This document shows, piece after piece, positions 47,001-62,199 of a stretch of 64,000 bases of DNA. The stretch is from Eledone cirrhosa (Eukaryota): NCBI GenBank assembly GCA_964016885.1, contig OZ024742.1, positions 367,226,001 through 367,290,000 of the forward strand, written 5' to 3'. A program made the position numbers and the translations under genes. Positions within the stretch are counted from its first letter, which is position 1. Each line of letters begins with the position of its first letter. The notes below the pieces were generated by a model. That model saw only the letters and a program-made list of their open reading frames with translations, was not told the origin of the DNA and did no database searches.

Positions 47001-50000
47001 AGAGAATATTACAGTATACATGTACCTGAGCACATTTACAAAGAATATTACAGTATACATGTACCTGAGCACATTTACAAAGAATATTACAGTATACATG
47101 TACCTGAGCACATTTACAAAGAATATTATAGTACACATGTACCTGAGCACATCTACAAATAATGTTACAGTATACATGTATCTGAGCACATTTACAAAGA
47201 ATATTACAGTATACATGTACCTCAGCACATTTACAAAGAATATTATAGTATACATGTACTTGGGCACATTTACAAAGAATATTACAGTATACATGTACTT
47301 CGGCACATTTACAAAGAATATTACAGTATACATGTACTTGGGCACATTTACAAAGAATATTATAGTATACATGTACCTGAGCACATTTACAAAGAATATT
47401 ACAGTATACATGTACCTGAGCTCATTTAGAAAGAATATTGCAGTATACATGTATCTGAGCACATTTACAAAGAATATTATATTACACATGTACTTCGGCA
47501 CATTTACAAAGAATAATTCAGTATACATGTACTTGGGCACATTTACAAAGAATATTACAGTATACATGTACCTGAGCTCATTTACAAAGAATATTATAGT
47601 ATACATGTACCTGAGCACATTTACAAAGAATATTACAGTATACATGTATCTGAGCTCATTTACAAAGAGTAGTATAGTATACATGTACCTGAGCACATTT
47701 ACAAAGAATATTAGAGTATACATTTTCCTGAGCTCATTTACTAGGAATATGACAGTATACGTGTATCTGGGCACATTTACAAAGAATATTATATTATACA
47801 TATACCTGAGCACATTTACAAAGAATATTACAGTATACATGTACTTGGGCACATTTACAAAGAATATAACAGTATACATGTACCTGAGCTCATTTACAAA
47901 AATATTACAGTATACATGTACTTAGGCACATTTACAAAGAATATTACAGTATACATGTACTTGGGCACATCTACAAAGAATATTACATTATACATGTACC
48001 TGAGCACATTTACAAAGAATATTACAGTATACATGTACCTGAGCACGTTTTAAAAGAATATTACAGTATACATGTACCTGAGCACATTTACAAAGAATAT
48101 TACAGAATACATGTACTTGGGCACATTTACGAAGAATATTACATTTTACATGTACTTGGGCACATTTACAAAGAATATTACAGTATACATGCAGCTGAGC
48201 ACATTTACAAAGAATATTACAGTATACATGTACCTGAGCACATTTACAAAGAATATTATAGTATACATGTACCTGAGCACATCTACAAATAATATTACTG
48301 TATACATGTATCTGAGCACATTTACAAAGAATATTACAGTATACATGTACCTGAGCACATTTACAAAGAATATTACAGTATACATTTACCTGAGCTCATT
48401 TACAAAGAATATTACAGTATACATGTACCTGAGCACATTTACAAAGAATATTACAGTATACATTTACCTGAGCACATTTACAGAGAATATTACAGTATAC
48501 ATGTACCTGAGCACATTTACAAAGAATATTACAGTATACATGTACCTGAGCACATTTACAAAGAATATTACAGTATACATGTACCTGAGCACATTTACAA
48601 AGAATATTACAGTATACATTTACCTGAGCTCATTTACAAAGAATATTACAGTATACATGTACCTGAGCTCATTTAGAAAGAATATTGCAGTATACATGTA
48701 TCTGAGCACATTTACAAAGAATATTATATTACACATGTACTTCGGCACATTTACAAAGAATAATTCAGTATACATGTACTTGGGCACATTTACAAAGAAT
48801 ATTACAGTATACATGTACCTGAGCTCATTTACAAAGAATATTATAGTATACATGTACCTGAGCACATTTACAAAGAATATTACAGTATACATGTATCTGA
48901 GCTCATTTACAAAGAGTAGTATAGTATACATGTACCTGAGCACATTTACAAAGAATATTAGAGTATACATTTTCCTGAGCTCATTTACTAGGAATATGAC
49001 AGTATACGTGTATCTGGGCACATTTACAAAGAATATTATATTATACATATACCTGAGCACATTTACAAAGAATATTACAGTATACATGTACTTGGGCACA
49101 TTTACAAAGAATATAACAGTATACATGTACCTGAGCTCATTTACAAAAATATTACAGTATACATGTACTTAGGCACATTTACAAAGAATATTACAGTATA
49201 CATGTACTTGGGCACATCTACAAAGAATATTACATTATACATGTACCTGAGCACATTTACAAAGAATATTACAGTATACATGTACCTGAGCACGTTTTAA
49301 AAGAATATTACAGTATACATGTACCTGAGCACATTTACAAAGAATATTACAGAATACATGTACTTGGGCACATTTACGAAGAATATTACATTTTACATGT
49401 ACTTGGGCACATTTACAAAGAATATTACAGTATACATGCAGCTGAGCACATTTACAAAGAATATTACAGTATACATGTACCTGAGCACATTTACAAAGAA
49501 TATTATAGTATACATGTACCTGAGCACATCTACAAATAATATTACTGTATACATGTATCTGAGCACATTTACAAAGAATATTACAGTATACATGTACCTG
49601 AGCACATTTACAAAGAATATTACAGTATACATTTACCTGAGCTCATTTACAAAGAATATTACAGTATACATGTACCTGAGCACATTTACAAAGAATATTA
49701 CAGTATACATTTACCTGAGCACATTTACAGAGAATATTACAGTATACATGTACCTGAGCACATTTACAAAGAATATTACAGTATACATGTACCTGAGCAC
49801 ATTTACAAAGAATATTACAGTATACATGTACCTGAGCACATTTACAAAGAATATTATAGTACACATGTACCTGAGCACATCTACAAATAATGTTACAGTA
49901 TACATGTATCTGAGCACATTTACAAAGAATATTACAGTATACATGTACCTCAGCACATTTACAAAGAATATTATAGTATACATGTACTTGGGCACATTTA

Positions 50001-52300
50001 CAAAGAATATTACAGTATACATGTACTTCGGCACATTTACAAAGAATATTACAGTATACATGTACTTGGGCACATTTACAAAGAATATTATAGTATACAT
50101 GTACCTGAGCACATTTACAAAGAATATTACAGTATACATGTACCTGAGCTCATTTAGAAAGAATATTGCAGTATACATGTATCTGAGCACATTTACAAAG
50201 AATATTATATTACACATGTACTTCGGCACATTTACAAAGAATAATTCAGTATACATGTACTTGGGCACATTTACAAAGAATATTACAGTATACATGTACC
50301 TGAGCTCATTTACAAAGAATATTATAGTATACATGTACCTGAGCACATTTACAAAGAATATTACAGTATACATGTATCTGAGCTCATTTACAAAGAGTAG
50401 TATAGTATACATGTACCTGAGCACATTTACAAAGAATATTAGAGTATACATTTTCCTGAGCTCATTTACTAGGAATATGACAGTATACGTGTATCTGGGC
50501 ACATTTACAAAGAATATTATATTATACATATACCTGAGCACATTTACAAAGAATATTACAGTATACATGTACTTGGGCACATTTACAAAGAATATAACAG
50601 TATACATGTACCTGAGCTCATTTACAAAAATATTACAGTATACATGTACTTAGGCACATTTACAAAGAATATTACAGTATACATGTACTTGGGCACATCT
50701 ACAAAGAATATTACATTATACATGTACCTGAGCACATTTACAAAGAATATTACAGTATACATGTACCTGAGCACGTTTTAAAAGAATATTACAGTATACA
50801 TGTACCTGAGCACATTTACAAAGAATATTACAGAATACATGTACTTGGGCACATTTACGAAGAATATTACATTTTACATGTACTTGGGCACATTTACAAA
50901 GAATATTACAGTATACATGCAGCTGAGCACATTTACAAAGAATATTACAGTATACATGTACCTGAGCACATTTACAAAGAATATTATAGTATACATGTAC
51001 CTGAGCACATCTACAAATAATATTACTGTATACATGTATCTGAGCACATTTACAAAGAATATTACAGTATACATGTACCTGAGCACATTTACAAAGAATA
51101 TTACAGTATACATTTACCTGAGCTCATTTACAAAGAATATTACAGTATACATGTACCTGAGCACATTTACAAAGAATATTACAGTATACATGTACCTGAG
51201 CACATTTACAAAGAATATTACAGTATACATTTACCTGAGCACATTTACAGAGAATATTACAGTATACATGTACCTGAGCACATTTACAAAGAATATTACA
51301 GTATACATGTACCTGAGCACATTTACAAAGAATATTACAGTATACATGTACCTGAGCACATTTACAAAGAATATTATAGTACACATGTACCTGAGCACAT
51401 CTACAAATAATGTTACAGTATACATGTATCTGAGCACATTTACAAAGAATATTACAGTATACATGTACCTCAGCACATTTACAAAGAATATTATAGTATA
51501 CATGTACTTGGGCACATTTACAAAGAATATTACAGTATACATGTACTTCGGCACATTTACAAAGAATATTACAGTATACATGTACTTGGGCACATTTACA
51601 AAGAATATTATAGTATACATGTACCTGAGCACATTTACAAAGAATATTACAGTATACATGTACCTGAGCTCATTTAGAAAGAATATTGCAGTATACATGT
51701 ATCTGAGCACATTTACAAAGAATATTATATTATACATGTACTTCGGCACATTTACAAAGAATATTACAGTATACATGTACCTGAGCACATTTACAAAGAA
51801 TATTACAGTATACATGTATCTGAGCTCATTTACAAAGAGTAGTATAGTATACATGTACCTGAGCACATTTACAAAGAATATTACAGTATACATTTTCCTG
51901 AGCTCATTTACTAGGAATATGACAGTATACGTGTATCTGGGCACATTTACAAAGAATATTATATTATACATATACCTGAGCACATTTACAAAGAATATTA
52001 CAGTATACATGTACTTGGGCACATTTACAAAGAATATAACAGTATACATGTACCTGAGCACATTTACAAAGAATATTACAGTATACATGTACTTAGGCAC
52101 ATTTACAAAGAATATTACAGTATACATGTACTTGGGCACATCTACAAAGAATATTACATTATACATGTACCTGAGCACATTTACAAAGAATATTACAGTA
52201 TACATGTACCGGAGCACGTTTAAAAAGAATATTACAGTATACATGTACCTGAGCACATTTACAAAGAATATTACAGAAAACATGTACTTGGGCACATTTA
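44100..52300 (+). repeat. Higher-order repeat run, five to six units of 32-40 monomers (1559, 1559, 1247, 1481, 1442 bp)
   Basis: Marker actaggaatatgac at 44622, 46181, 47740, 48987, 50468 and 51910. ORF starts 46513/48072/49319/50800 and ends 46366/47925/49172/50653 give the same spacings. Confidence 0.88.
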
Positions 52301-55300
52301 CGAAGAATATTACATTTTACATGTACTTGGGCACATTTACAAAGAATATTACAGTATACATGCACCTGAGCACATTTACAAAGAATATTACAGTATACAT
52401 GTACCTGAGCACATTTACAAAGAATATTATAGTATACATGTACCTGAGCACATCTACAAATAATATTACTGTATACATGTATCTGAGCACATTTACAAAG
52501 AATATTACAGTATACATGTACCTGAGCACATTTACAAAGAATATTACAGTATACATTTACCTGAGCTCATTTACAAAGAATATTACAGTATACATGTACC
52601 TGAGCACATTTACAAAGAATATTACAGTATACATGTACCTGAGCACATTTACAAAGAATATTACAGTATACATTTACCTGAGCACATTTACAGAGAATAT
52701 TACAGTATACATGTACCTGAGCACATTTACAAAGAATATTACAGTATACATGTACCTGAGCACATTTACAAAGAATATTACAGTATACATGTACCTGAGC
52801 ACATTTACAAAGAATATTATAGTATAAATGTACCTGAGCACATCTACAAATAATGTTACAGTATACATGTATCTGAGCACATTTACAAAGAATATTACAG
52901 TATACATTTACCTGAGCACATTTACAGAGAATATTACAGTATACATGTACCTGAGCACATTACAAAGAATATTACAGTATACATGTACCTGAGCACATTT
53001 ACAAAGAATATTACAGTATACATTTACCTGAGCACATTTACAAAGAATATTACAGTATACATTTACCTGAGCACATTTACAGAGAATATTACAGTATACA
53101 TGTACCTGAGCACATTTACAAAGAATATTACAGTATACATGTACCTGAGCACATTTACAAAGAATGTTACAGTATACATTTACCTGAGCACATTTACAAA
53201 GAATATTACAGTATACATGTACCTGAGCACATTTACAAAGAATATTACAGTATACATGTACTTGGGCACATTTACAAACAATATAACAGTATACATGTAC
53301 CTGAGCTCATTTACAAAAATATTACAGTATACATGTACTTGGGCACATTTACAAAGAATATTACAGTATACATGTACCTGAGCACATTTACAAAGAATAT
53401 TACAGTATACATGTACCTGAGCACATTTACAAAGAATATTACAGTATACATGTACCTGAGCACATTTACAAAGAATATTACAGTATACATGTACCTGAGC
53501 ACATTTACAAAGAATGTTACAGTATACATTTACCTGAGCACATTTACAAAGCATATTACAGTATACATGTACCTGAGCACATTTACAAAGAATATTACAG
53601 TATACATCTACTTGGGCACATTTACAAAGACTATAACAGTATACATGTACCTGAGCTCATTTACAAAAATATTACAGTATACATGTACTTGGGCACATCT
53701 GCAAAGGATATTACATTATACATGTACCTGAGCACATTTACAAAGAATATTACAGTATACATGTACCTGAGCACATTTAAAAAGAATATTACAGTATACA
53801 TGTACCTGAGCACATTTACAAAGAATATTACAGTATACATGTACCTCAGCACATTTACAAAGAATATTATAGTATACATGTACTTGGGCACATTTACAAA
53901 GAATATTACAGTATACATGTACTTGGGCACATTTACAAAGAATATTACAGTATACATGTACTTGGGCACATTTACAAAGAATATTATAGTATACATGTAC
54001 CTGTGCACATTTACAAAGAATATTACAGTATACATGTACCTGAGCACATTTAGAAAGAATATTGCAGTATACATGTATCTGAGCACATTTACAAAGAATA
54101 TTATATTATACATGTACTTCGGCACATTTACAAAGAATAATTCAGTATACATGTACTTGGGCACATTTACAAAGAATATTACAGTATACATGTACCTGAG
54201 CTCATTTACAAAGAATATTATAGTATACATGTACCTGAGCACATTTACAAAGAATATTACAGTATACATGTATCTGAGCACATTTACAAAGAATATTACA
54301 GTATACATGTACCTGAGCACATTTACAAAGAATATTACAGTATACATGTACCTGAGCACATTTACAAAGAATATTATAGTATACATGTACCTGAGCACAT
54401 CTACAAATAATTTTACAGTATAAATGTATCTGAGCACATTTACAAAGAATATTACAGTATACATTTACCTGAGCACATTTACAGAGAATATTACAGTATA
54501 CATGTACCTGAGCACATTACAAAGAATATTACAGTATACATGTACTTGAGCACATTTACAAAGAATATTACAGTATACATGTACCTGAGCACATTTACAA
54601 AGAATATTATAGTATACATGTACCTGAGCACATTTACAAAGAGTATTACAGTATACGTATACCTGAGCACATTTACAAAATATTACAGTATACATATACC
54701 TGAGCACATTTACAAAGAATATTACAGTATACATGTACCTGAGCACATTTACAAAGAATATTATAGTACACATGTACCTGAGCACATCTACAAATAATGT
54801 TACAGTATACATGTATCTGAGCACATTTACAAAGAATATTACAGTATACATGTACCTCAGCACATTTACAAAGAATATTATAGTATAGATGTACTTGGGC
54901 ACATTTACAAAGAATATTACAGTATACGTGTACTTCGGCACATTTACAAAGAATATTACAGTATACATGTACTTGGGCACATTTACAAAGAATATTATAG
55001 TATACATGTACCTGAGCACATTTACAAAGAATATTACAGTATACATGTACCTGAGTACATTTAGAAAGAATATTGCAGTATACATGTATCTGAGCACATT
55101 TACAAAGAATATTATATTATACATGTACTTCGGCACATTTACAGAGAATAATTCAGTATACATGTACTTGGGCACATTTACAAAGAATATTACAGTATAC
55201 ATGTATCTGAGCTCATTTACAAAGAGTATTATAGTATACATGTACCTGAGCACATTTACAAAGAATATTACAGTATACATTTTCCTGAGCTCATTTACTA

Positions 55301-57329
55301 GGAATATGACAGTATACGTGTATCTGGGCACATTTACAAAGAATATTATATTATACATATACCTGAGCACATTTACAAAGAATATTACAGTATACATGTA
55401 CTTGGGCACATTTACAAAGAATATAACAGTATACATGTACCTGAGCTCATTTACATAAATATTACAGTATACATGTACTTAGGCACATTTACAAAGAATA
55501 TTACAGTATACATGTACTTGGGCACATCTACAAAGAATATTACATTATACATGTACCTGAGCACATTTACAAAGAATATTACAGTATACATGTACCTGAG
55601 CACGTTTATAAAGAATATTACAGTATACATGTACCTGAGCACATTTACAAAGAATATTACAGAATACATGTACTTGGGCACATTTACGAATAATATTACA
55701 ATTTACATGTACTTGGGCACATTTACAAAGAATATTACAGTATACATGCACCTGAGCACATTTACAAAGAATATTACATATACATGTACCTGAGCACATT
55801 TACAAAGAATATTATAGTATACATGTACCTGAGCACATCTACAAATAATATTACTGTATACATGTATCTGAGCACATTTACAAAGAATATTACAGTATAC
55901 ATTTACCTGAGCACATTTACAAAGAATATTACAGTATACATTTATCTGAGCACATTTACAGAGAATATTACAGTATACATGTACCTGAGCACATTTACAA
56001 AGTATATTACAGTATACATGTACCGGAGCACATTTACAAAGAATATTACAGTATACATTTACCTGAGCTCATTTACAAAGAATATTACAGTATACATGTA
56101 CCTAAGCACATTTACAAAGAATATTACAGTATACATTTACCTGAGCACATTTACAAAGAATATTACAGTATACATTTATCTGAGCACATTTACAGAGAAT
56201 ATTACAGTATACATGTACCTGAGCACATTTACAAAGAATATTACAGTATACATGTACCTGAGCACATTTACAAAGAATGTTACAGTATACATTTACCTGA
56301 GCACATTTACAAAGAATATTACAGTATACATGTACCTGAGCACATTTACAAAGAATATTACAGTATACATGTACTTGGGCACATTTACAAACAATATAAC
56401 AGTATACATGTACCTGAGCTCATTTACAAAAATATTACAGTATACATGTACTTGGGCACATTTACAAAGAATATTACAGTATACATGTACCTGAGCACAT
56501 TTACAAAGAATATTACAGTATACATGTACCTGAGCACATTTCCAAAGAATATTACAGTATACATGTACCTGAGCACATTTACAAAGAATATTACAGTATA
56601 CATGTACCTGAGCACATTTACAAAGAATGTTACAGTATACATTTACCTGAGCACATTTACAAAGCATATTACAGTATACATGTACCTGAGCACATTTACA
56701 AAGAATATTACAGTATACATGTACTTGGGCACATTTACAAAGAATATAACAGTATACATGTACCTGAGCTCATTTACAAAAATATTACAGTATACATGTA
56801 CTTGGGCACATCTGCAAAGAATATTACATTATACATGTACCTGAGCACATTTACAAAGAATATTACAGTATACATGTGCCTGAGCACATTTAAAAAGAAT
56901 ATTACAGTATACATGTACCTGAGCACATTTACAAAGAATATTACAGTATACATGTACCTCAGCACATTTACAAAGAATATTATAGTATACATGTACTTGG
57001 GCACATTTACAAAGAATATTACAGTATACATGTACTTGGGCACATTTACAAAGAATATTACAGTATACATGTACTTGGGCACATTTACAAAGAATATTAT
57101 AGTATACATGTACCTGTGCACATTTACAAAGAATATTACAGTATACATGTACCTGAGCACATTTAGAAAGAATATTGCAGTATACATGTATCTGAGCACA
57201 TTTACAAAGAATATTATATTATACATGTACTTCGGCACATTTACAAAGAATAATTCAGTATACATGTACTTGGGCACATTTACAAAGAATATTACAGTAT
57301 ACATGTACCTGAGCTCATTTACAAAGAAT

Positions 57330-60300
57330 ATTATAGTATACATGTACCTGAGCACATTTACAAAGAATATTACAGTATACATGTATCTGAGCTCATTTAC
57401 AAAGAATATTATAGTATACATGTACCTGAGCACATTTACAAAGAATATTACAGTATACATTTTCCTGAGCTCATTTACTAGGAATATGACAGTATACGTG
57501 TATCTGGGCACATTTACAAAGAATATTATATTATACATATACCTGAGCACATTTACAAAGAATATTACAGTATACATATACCTGAGCACATTTACAAAGA
57601 ATATTACTGTATACATTTACTTGGGCACATTTACAAAGAATATTACAGTATACCTGTACTTGGGCACATTTACAAAGAATATTACAGTATACATATACCT
57701 GAGCACATTTACAAAGAATATTACAGTATACATGTACCTGAGCACATTTACAAAGAATATTACATTATACACATACCTGAGCTCATTTACAAAGAATATT
57801 ACAGTATAAATGTACCTGAGCACATTTACAAAGAATATTACAGTATACATGTACCTCAGGACATTTACAAAGAATATTACAGTATACATGTACCTGAGCA
57901 CATTTACGAAGAATATTACAGTATATATGTACTTGGGCACATTTACAAAGAATATTACAGTATACATGTACCTGAGCACATTTACAAAGAATATTACAGT
58001 ATACATTTACTTGGGCACATTTACAAAGAATATTACAGTATACATTTACTTGGGCACATTTACAAAGAATATTACAATTTACATGTACTTGGGCACATTT
58101 ACAAAGAATATTACAGTATACATGTACTTGGGCACATTTACAAAGAATATTACAGTATACATGTACCTGAGCACATTTACAAAGAATATTACAGTATACA
58201 TGTACCTGAGCACATCTACAAAGAATATTATAGTATACATGTACCTGAGCAAATTTACAAAGAATATTACAGTATACATGTACCTGAGCACATTTACAAA
58301 GAATATTACAGTATACATGTACCTGAGCACATTTACAAAGAATATTACACTATACATGTACTTGGGCACATTTACAAAGAATATTACAGTATACATTTAC
58401 CTGAGCTCATTTACAAAGAATATTACAGTATACATTTACCTGAGCACATTTACAGAGAATATTACAGTATACATGTACCTGACCACATTTACAAAGAATA
58501 TTACAGTATACATGTACCTGAGCACATTTACAAAGAATGTTACAGTATACATTTACCTGAGCACATTTACAAAGAATATTACAGTATACATGTACCTGAG
58601 CACATTTACAAAGAATATTACAGTATACATGTACTTGGGCACATTTACAAACAATATAACAGTATACATGTACCTGAGCTCATTTACAAAAATATTACAG
58701 TATACATGTACTTGGGCACATTTGCAAAGAATATTACAGTATACATGTACCTGAGCACATTTACAAAGAATATTACAGTATACATGTACCTGAGCACAGT
58801 TACAAAGAATATTACAGTATACATGTACCTGAGCACATTTACAAAGAATATTACAGTATACATGTACCTGAGCACATTTACAAAGAATATTACAGTATAC
58901 ATTTACCTGAGCACATTTACAAAGCATATTACAGTATACATGTACCTGAGCACATTTACAAAGAATATTACAGTATACATGTACTTGGGCACATTTACAA
59001 AGAATATAACAGTATACATGTACCTGAGCTCATTTACAAAAATATTACAGTATACATGTACCTGAGCACATTTACAAATAATATTACAGTACACATGTAC
59101 CTGAGCACATTTACAAAGAATATTACAGTATACATGTACCTGAGCACATTTACAAAGAATATTACAGTATACATGTACCTGAGCACATTTACAAAGAATA
59201 TTACAGTATACATGTACCTGAGCACATTTGCAAAGAATATTATAGTATACATGTACCTCAGCACATTTACAAAGAATATTACCGTATACATGTACCTCAG
59301 CACATTTACAAAGAATATTATAGTATACATGTACCTGAGCACATTTACAAAGAATATTACAGTATACATGTATCTGAGCTCATTTACAAAGAATATTATA
59401 GTATACATGTACCTGAGCACATTTACAAAGAATATTACAGTATACATTTTCCTGGGCTCATTTACTAGGAATATGACAGTATACGTGTATCTGGGCACAT
59501 TTACAAAGAATATTATATTATACATATACCTGAGCACATTTACAAAGAATATTACAGTATACATATACCTGAGCACATTTACAAAGAATATTACTGTATA
59601 CATTTACTTGGGCACATTTACAAAGAATATTACAGTATACCTGTACTTGGGCACATTTACAAAGAATATTACAGTATACATATACCTGAGCACATTTACA
59701 AAGAATATTACAGTATACATGTACCTGAGCACATTTACAAAGAATATTACATTATACACATACCTGAGCTCATTTACAAAGAATATTACAGTATAAATGT
59801 ACCTGAGCACATTTACAAAGAATATTACAGTATACATGTACCTCAGGACATTTACAAAGAATATTACAGTATACATGTACCTGAGCACATTTACGAAGGA
59901 TATTACAGTATATATGTACTTGGGCACATTTACAAAGAATATTACAGTATACATGTACCTGAGCACATTTACAAAGAATATTACAGTATACATTTACTTG
60001 GGCACATTTACAAAGAATATTACAGTATACATTTACTTGGGCACATTTACAAAGAATATTACAGTATACATGTACTTGGACACATTTACAAAGAATATTA
60101 CAGTATACATGTACTTGGGCACATTTACAAAGAATATTACAGTATACATGTACCTGAGCACATTTACAAAGAATATTACAGTATACATGTACCTGAGCAC
60201 ATCTACAAAGAATATTATAGTATACATGTACCTGAGCAAATTTACAAAGAATATTACAGTATACATGTACCTGAGCACATTTACAAAGAATATTACAGTA

Positions 60301-61015
60301 TACATGTACCTGAGCACATTTACAAAGAATATTACAGTATACATGTACTTGGGCACATTTACAAAGAATATTACAGTATACATTTACCTGAGCTCATTTA
60401 CAAAGAATATTACAGTATACATGTACCTGAGCACATTTACAAAGAATATTACAGTATACATTTACCTGAGCACATTTACAAAGAGTATTACAGTATACAT
60501 TTACCTGAGCACATTTACAGAGAATATTACAGTATACATGTACCTGACCACATTTACAAAGAATATTACAGTATACATGTACCTGAGCACATTTACAAAG
60601 AATGTTACAGTATACATTTACCTGAGCACATTTACAAAGAATATTACAGTATACATGTACCTGAGCACATTTACAAAGAATATTACAGTATACATGTACT
60701 TGGGCACATTTACAAACAATATAACAGTATACATGTACCTGAGCTCATTTACAAAAATATTACAGTATACATGTACTTGGGCACATTGGCAAAGAATATT
60801 ACAGTATACATGTACCTGAGCACATTTACAAAGAATATTACAGTATACATGTACCTGAGCACATTTACAAAGAATATTACAGTATACATGTACCTGAGCA
60901 CATTTACAAAGAATATTACAGTATACATGTACCTGAGCACATTTACAAAGAATGTTACAGTATACATTTACCTGAGCACATTTACAAAGCATATTACAGT
61001 ATACATGTACCTGAG
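57330..61015 (+). repeat. Block duplication ~57.3-58.95 kb repeated at ~59.3-61.0 kb (offset 1987, then 2065)
   Basis: ORF pairs 57617/59604 and 57810/59797 (1987), and 58553/60618 (2065). Private variants gtatacctgtac, gagcaaattt and ctgaccacat are shared. Confidence 0.85.
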
Positions 61016-62199
61016 CATATTTGCAAAGAATATTATAGTATACATGTACCTCAGCACATTTACAAAAATATTACCGTATACATGTACCTCAGCACATTTA
61101 CAAAGAATATTATAGTATACATGTACTTGGGCACATTTACAAAGAATATTACAGTATACATGTACTTCGGCACATTTACAAAGAATATTACAGTATACAT
61201 ATACTTGGGCACATTTACAAAGAATATTATAGTATACATGTACCTGAGCACATTTACAAAGAATATTACAGTATACATGTACCTGAGCACATTTACAAAG
61301 AATATTGCAGTATACATGTACCTGAGCACATTTACAAAGAATATTATATTATACATGTACTTGGGCACATTTACAAAGAATAATTCAGTATACATGTACT
61401 TGGGCACATTTACAAAGAATATTACAGTATACATGTATCTGAGCACATTTACAAAGAATATTACAGTATACATGTACCTGAGCACATTTACAAAGAATAT
61501 TACAGTATACATATACCTGAGTTCATTTACAAAGAATATTACAGCATACATATACCTGAGCACATTTACAAAGAATATTACAGTATACATGTACCTGAGC
61601 TCATTTACAAAGAATATTATAGTATACATATACCTGAGCACATTTACAAAGAATATTACAGTATACATGTACCTGAGCACATTTACAAAGAATATTATAG
61701 TATACATGTACCTGAGCACATTTACAAAGAATATTACAGTATACATATACCTGAGCACATTTACAAAGAATATTACAGTATACATGTACCTGAGCACATT
61801 TACAAAGTATATTATAGTATACATGTACCTGAGCACATTTACAAGGAATATTACGGTATACATATACCTGAGCACATTTACAAAGAATATTACAGTATAC
61901 ATTTACTTGGGCACATTTACAAAGAATATTACTGTATACATGTACTTGGGCACATTTACAAAGAATATTACAGTATACATGAACCTGAGCACATTTACAA
62001 AGAATATTACAGTATACATGTACCTGAGCACATTTACAAAGAATATTACTGTATACATGTACCTGAGCACATTTACAAAGAATATTACAGTATAAATGTA
62101 CCTGAGCACATTTACAAAGAATATTACAGTATACATGTACTTGGGCACATTTACAAAGAATATTACAGTATACATGTAGTTGGGCACATTTACAAAGAA

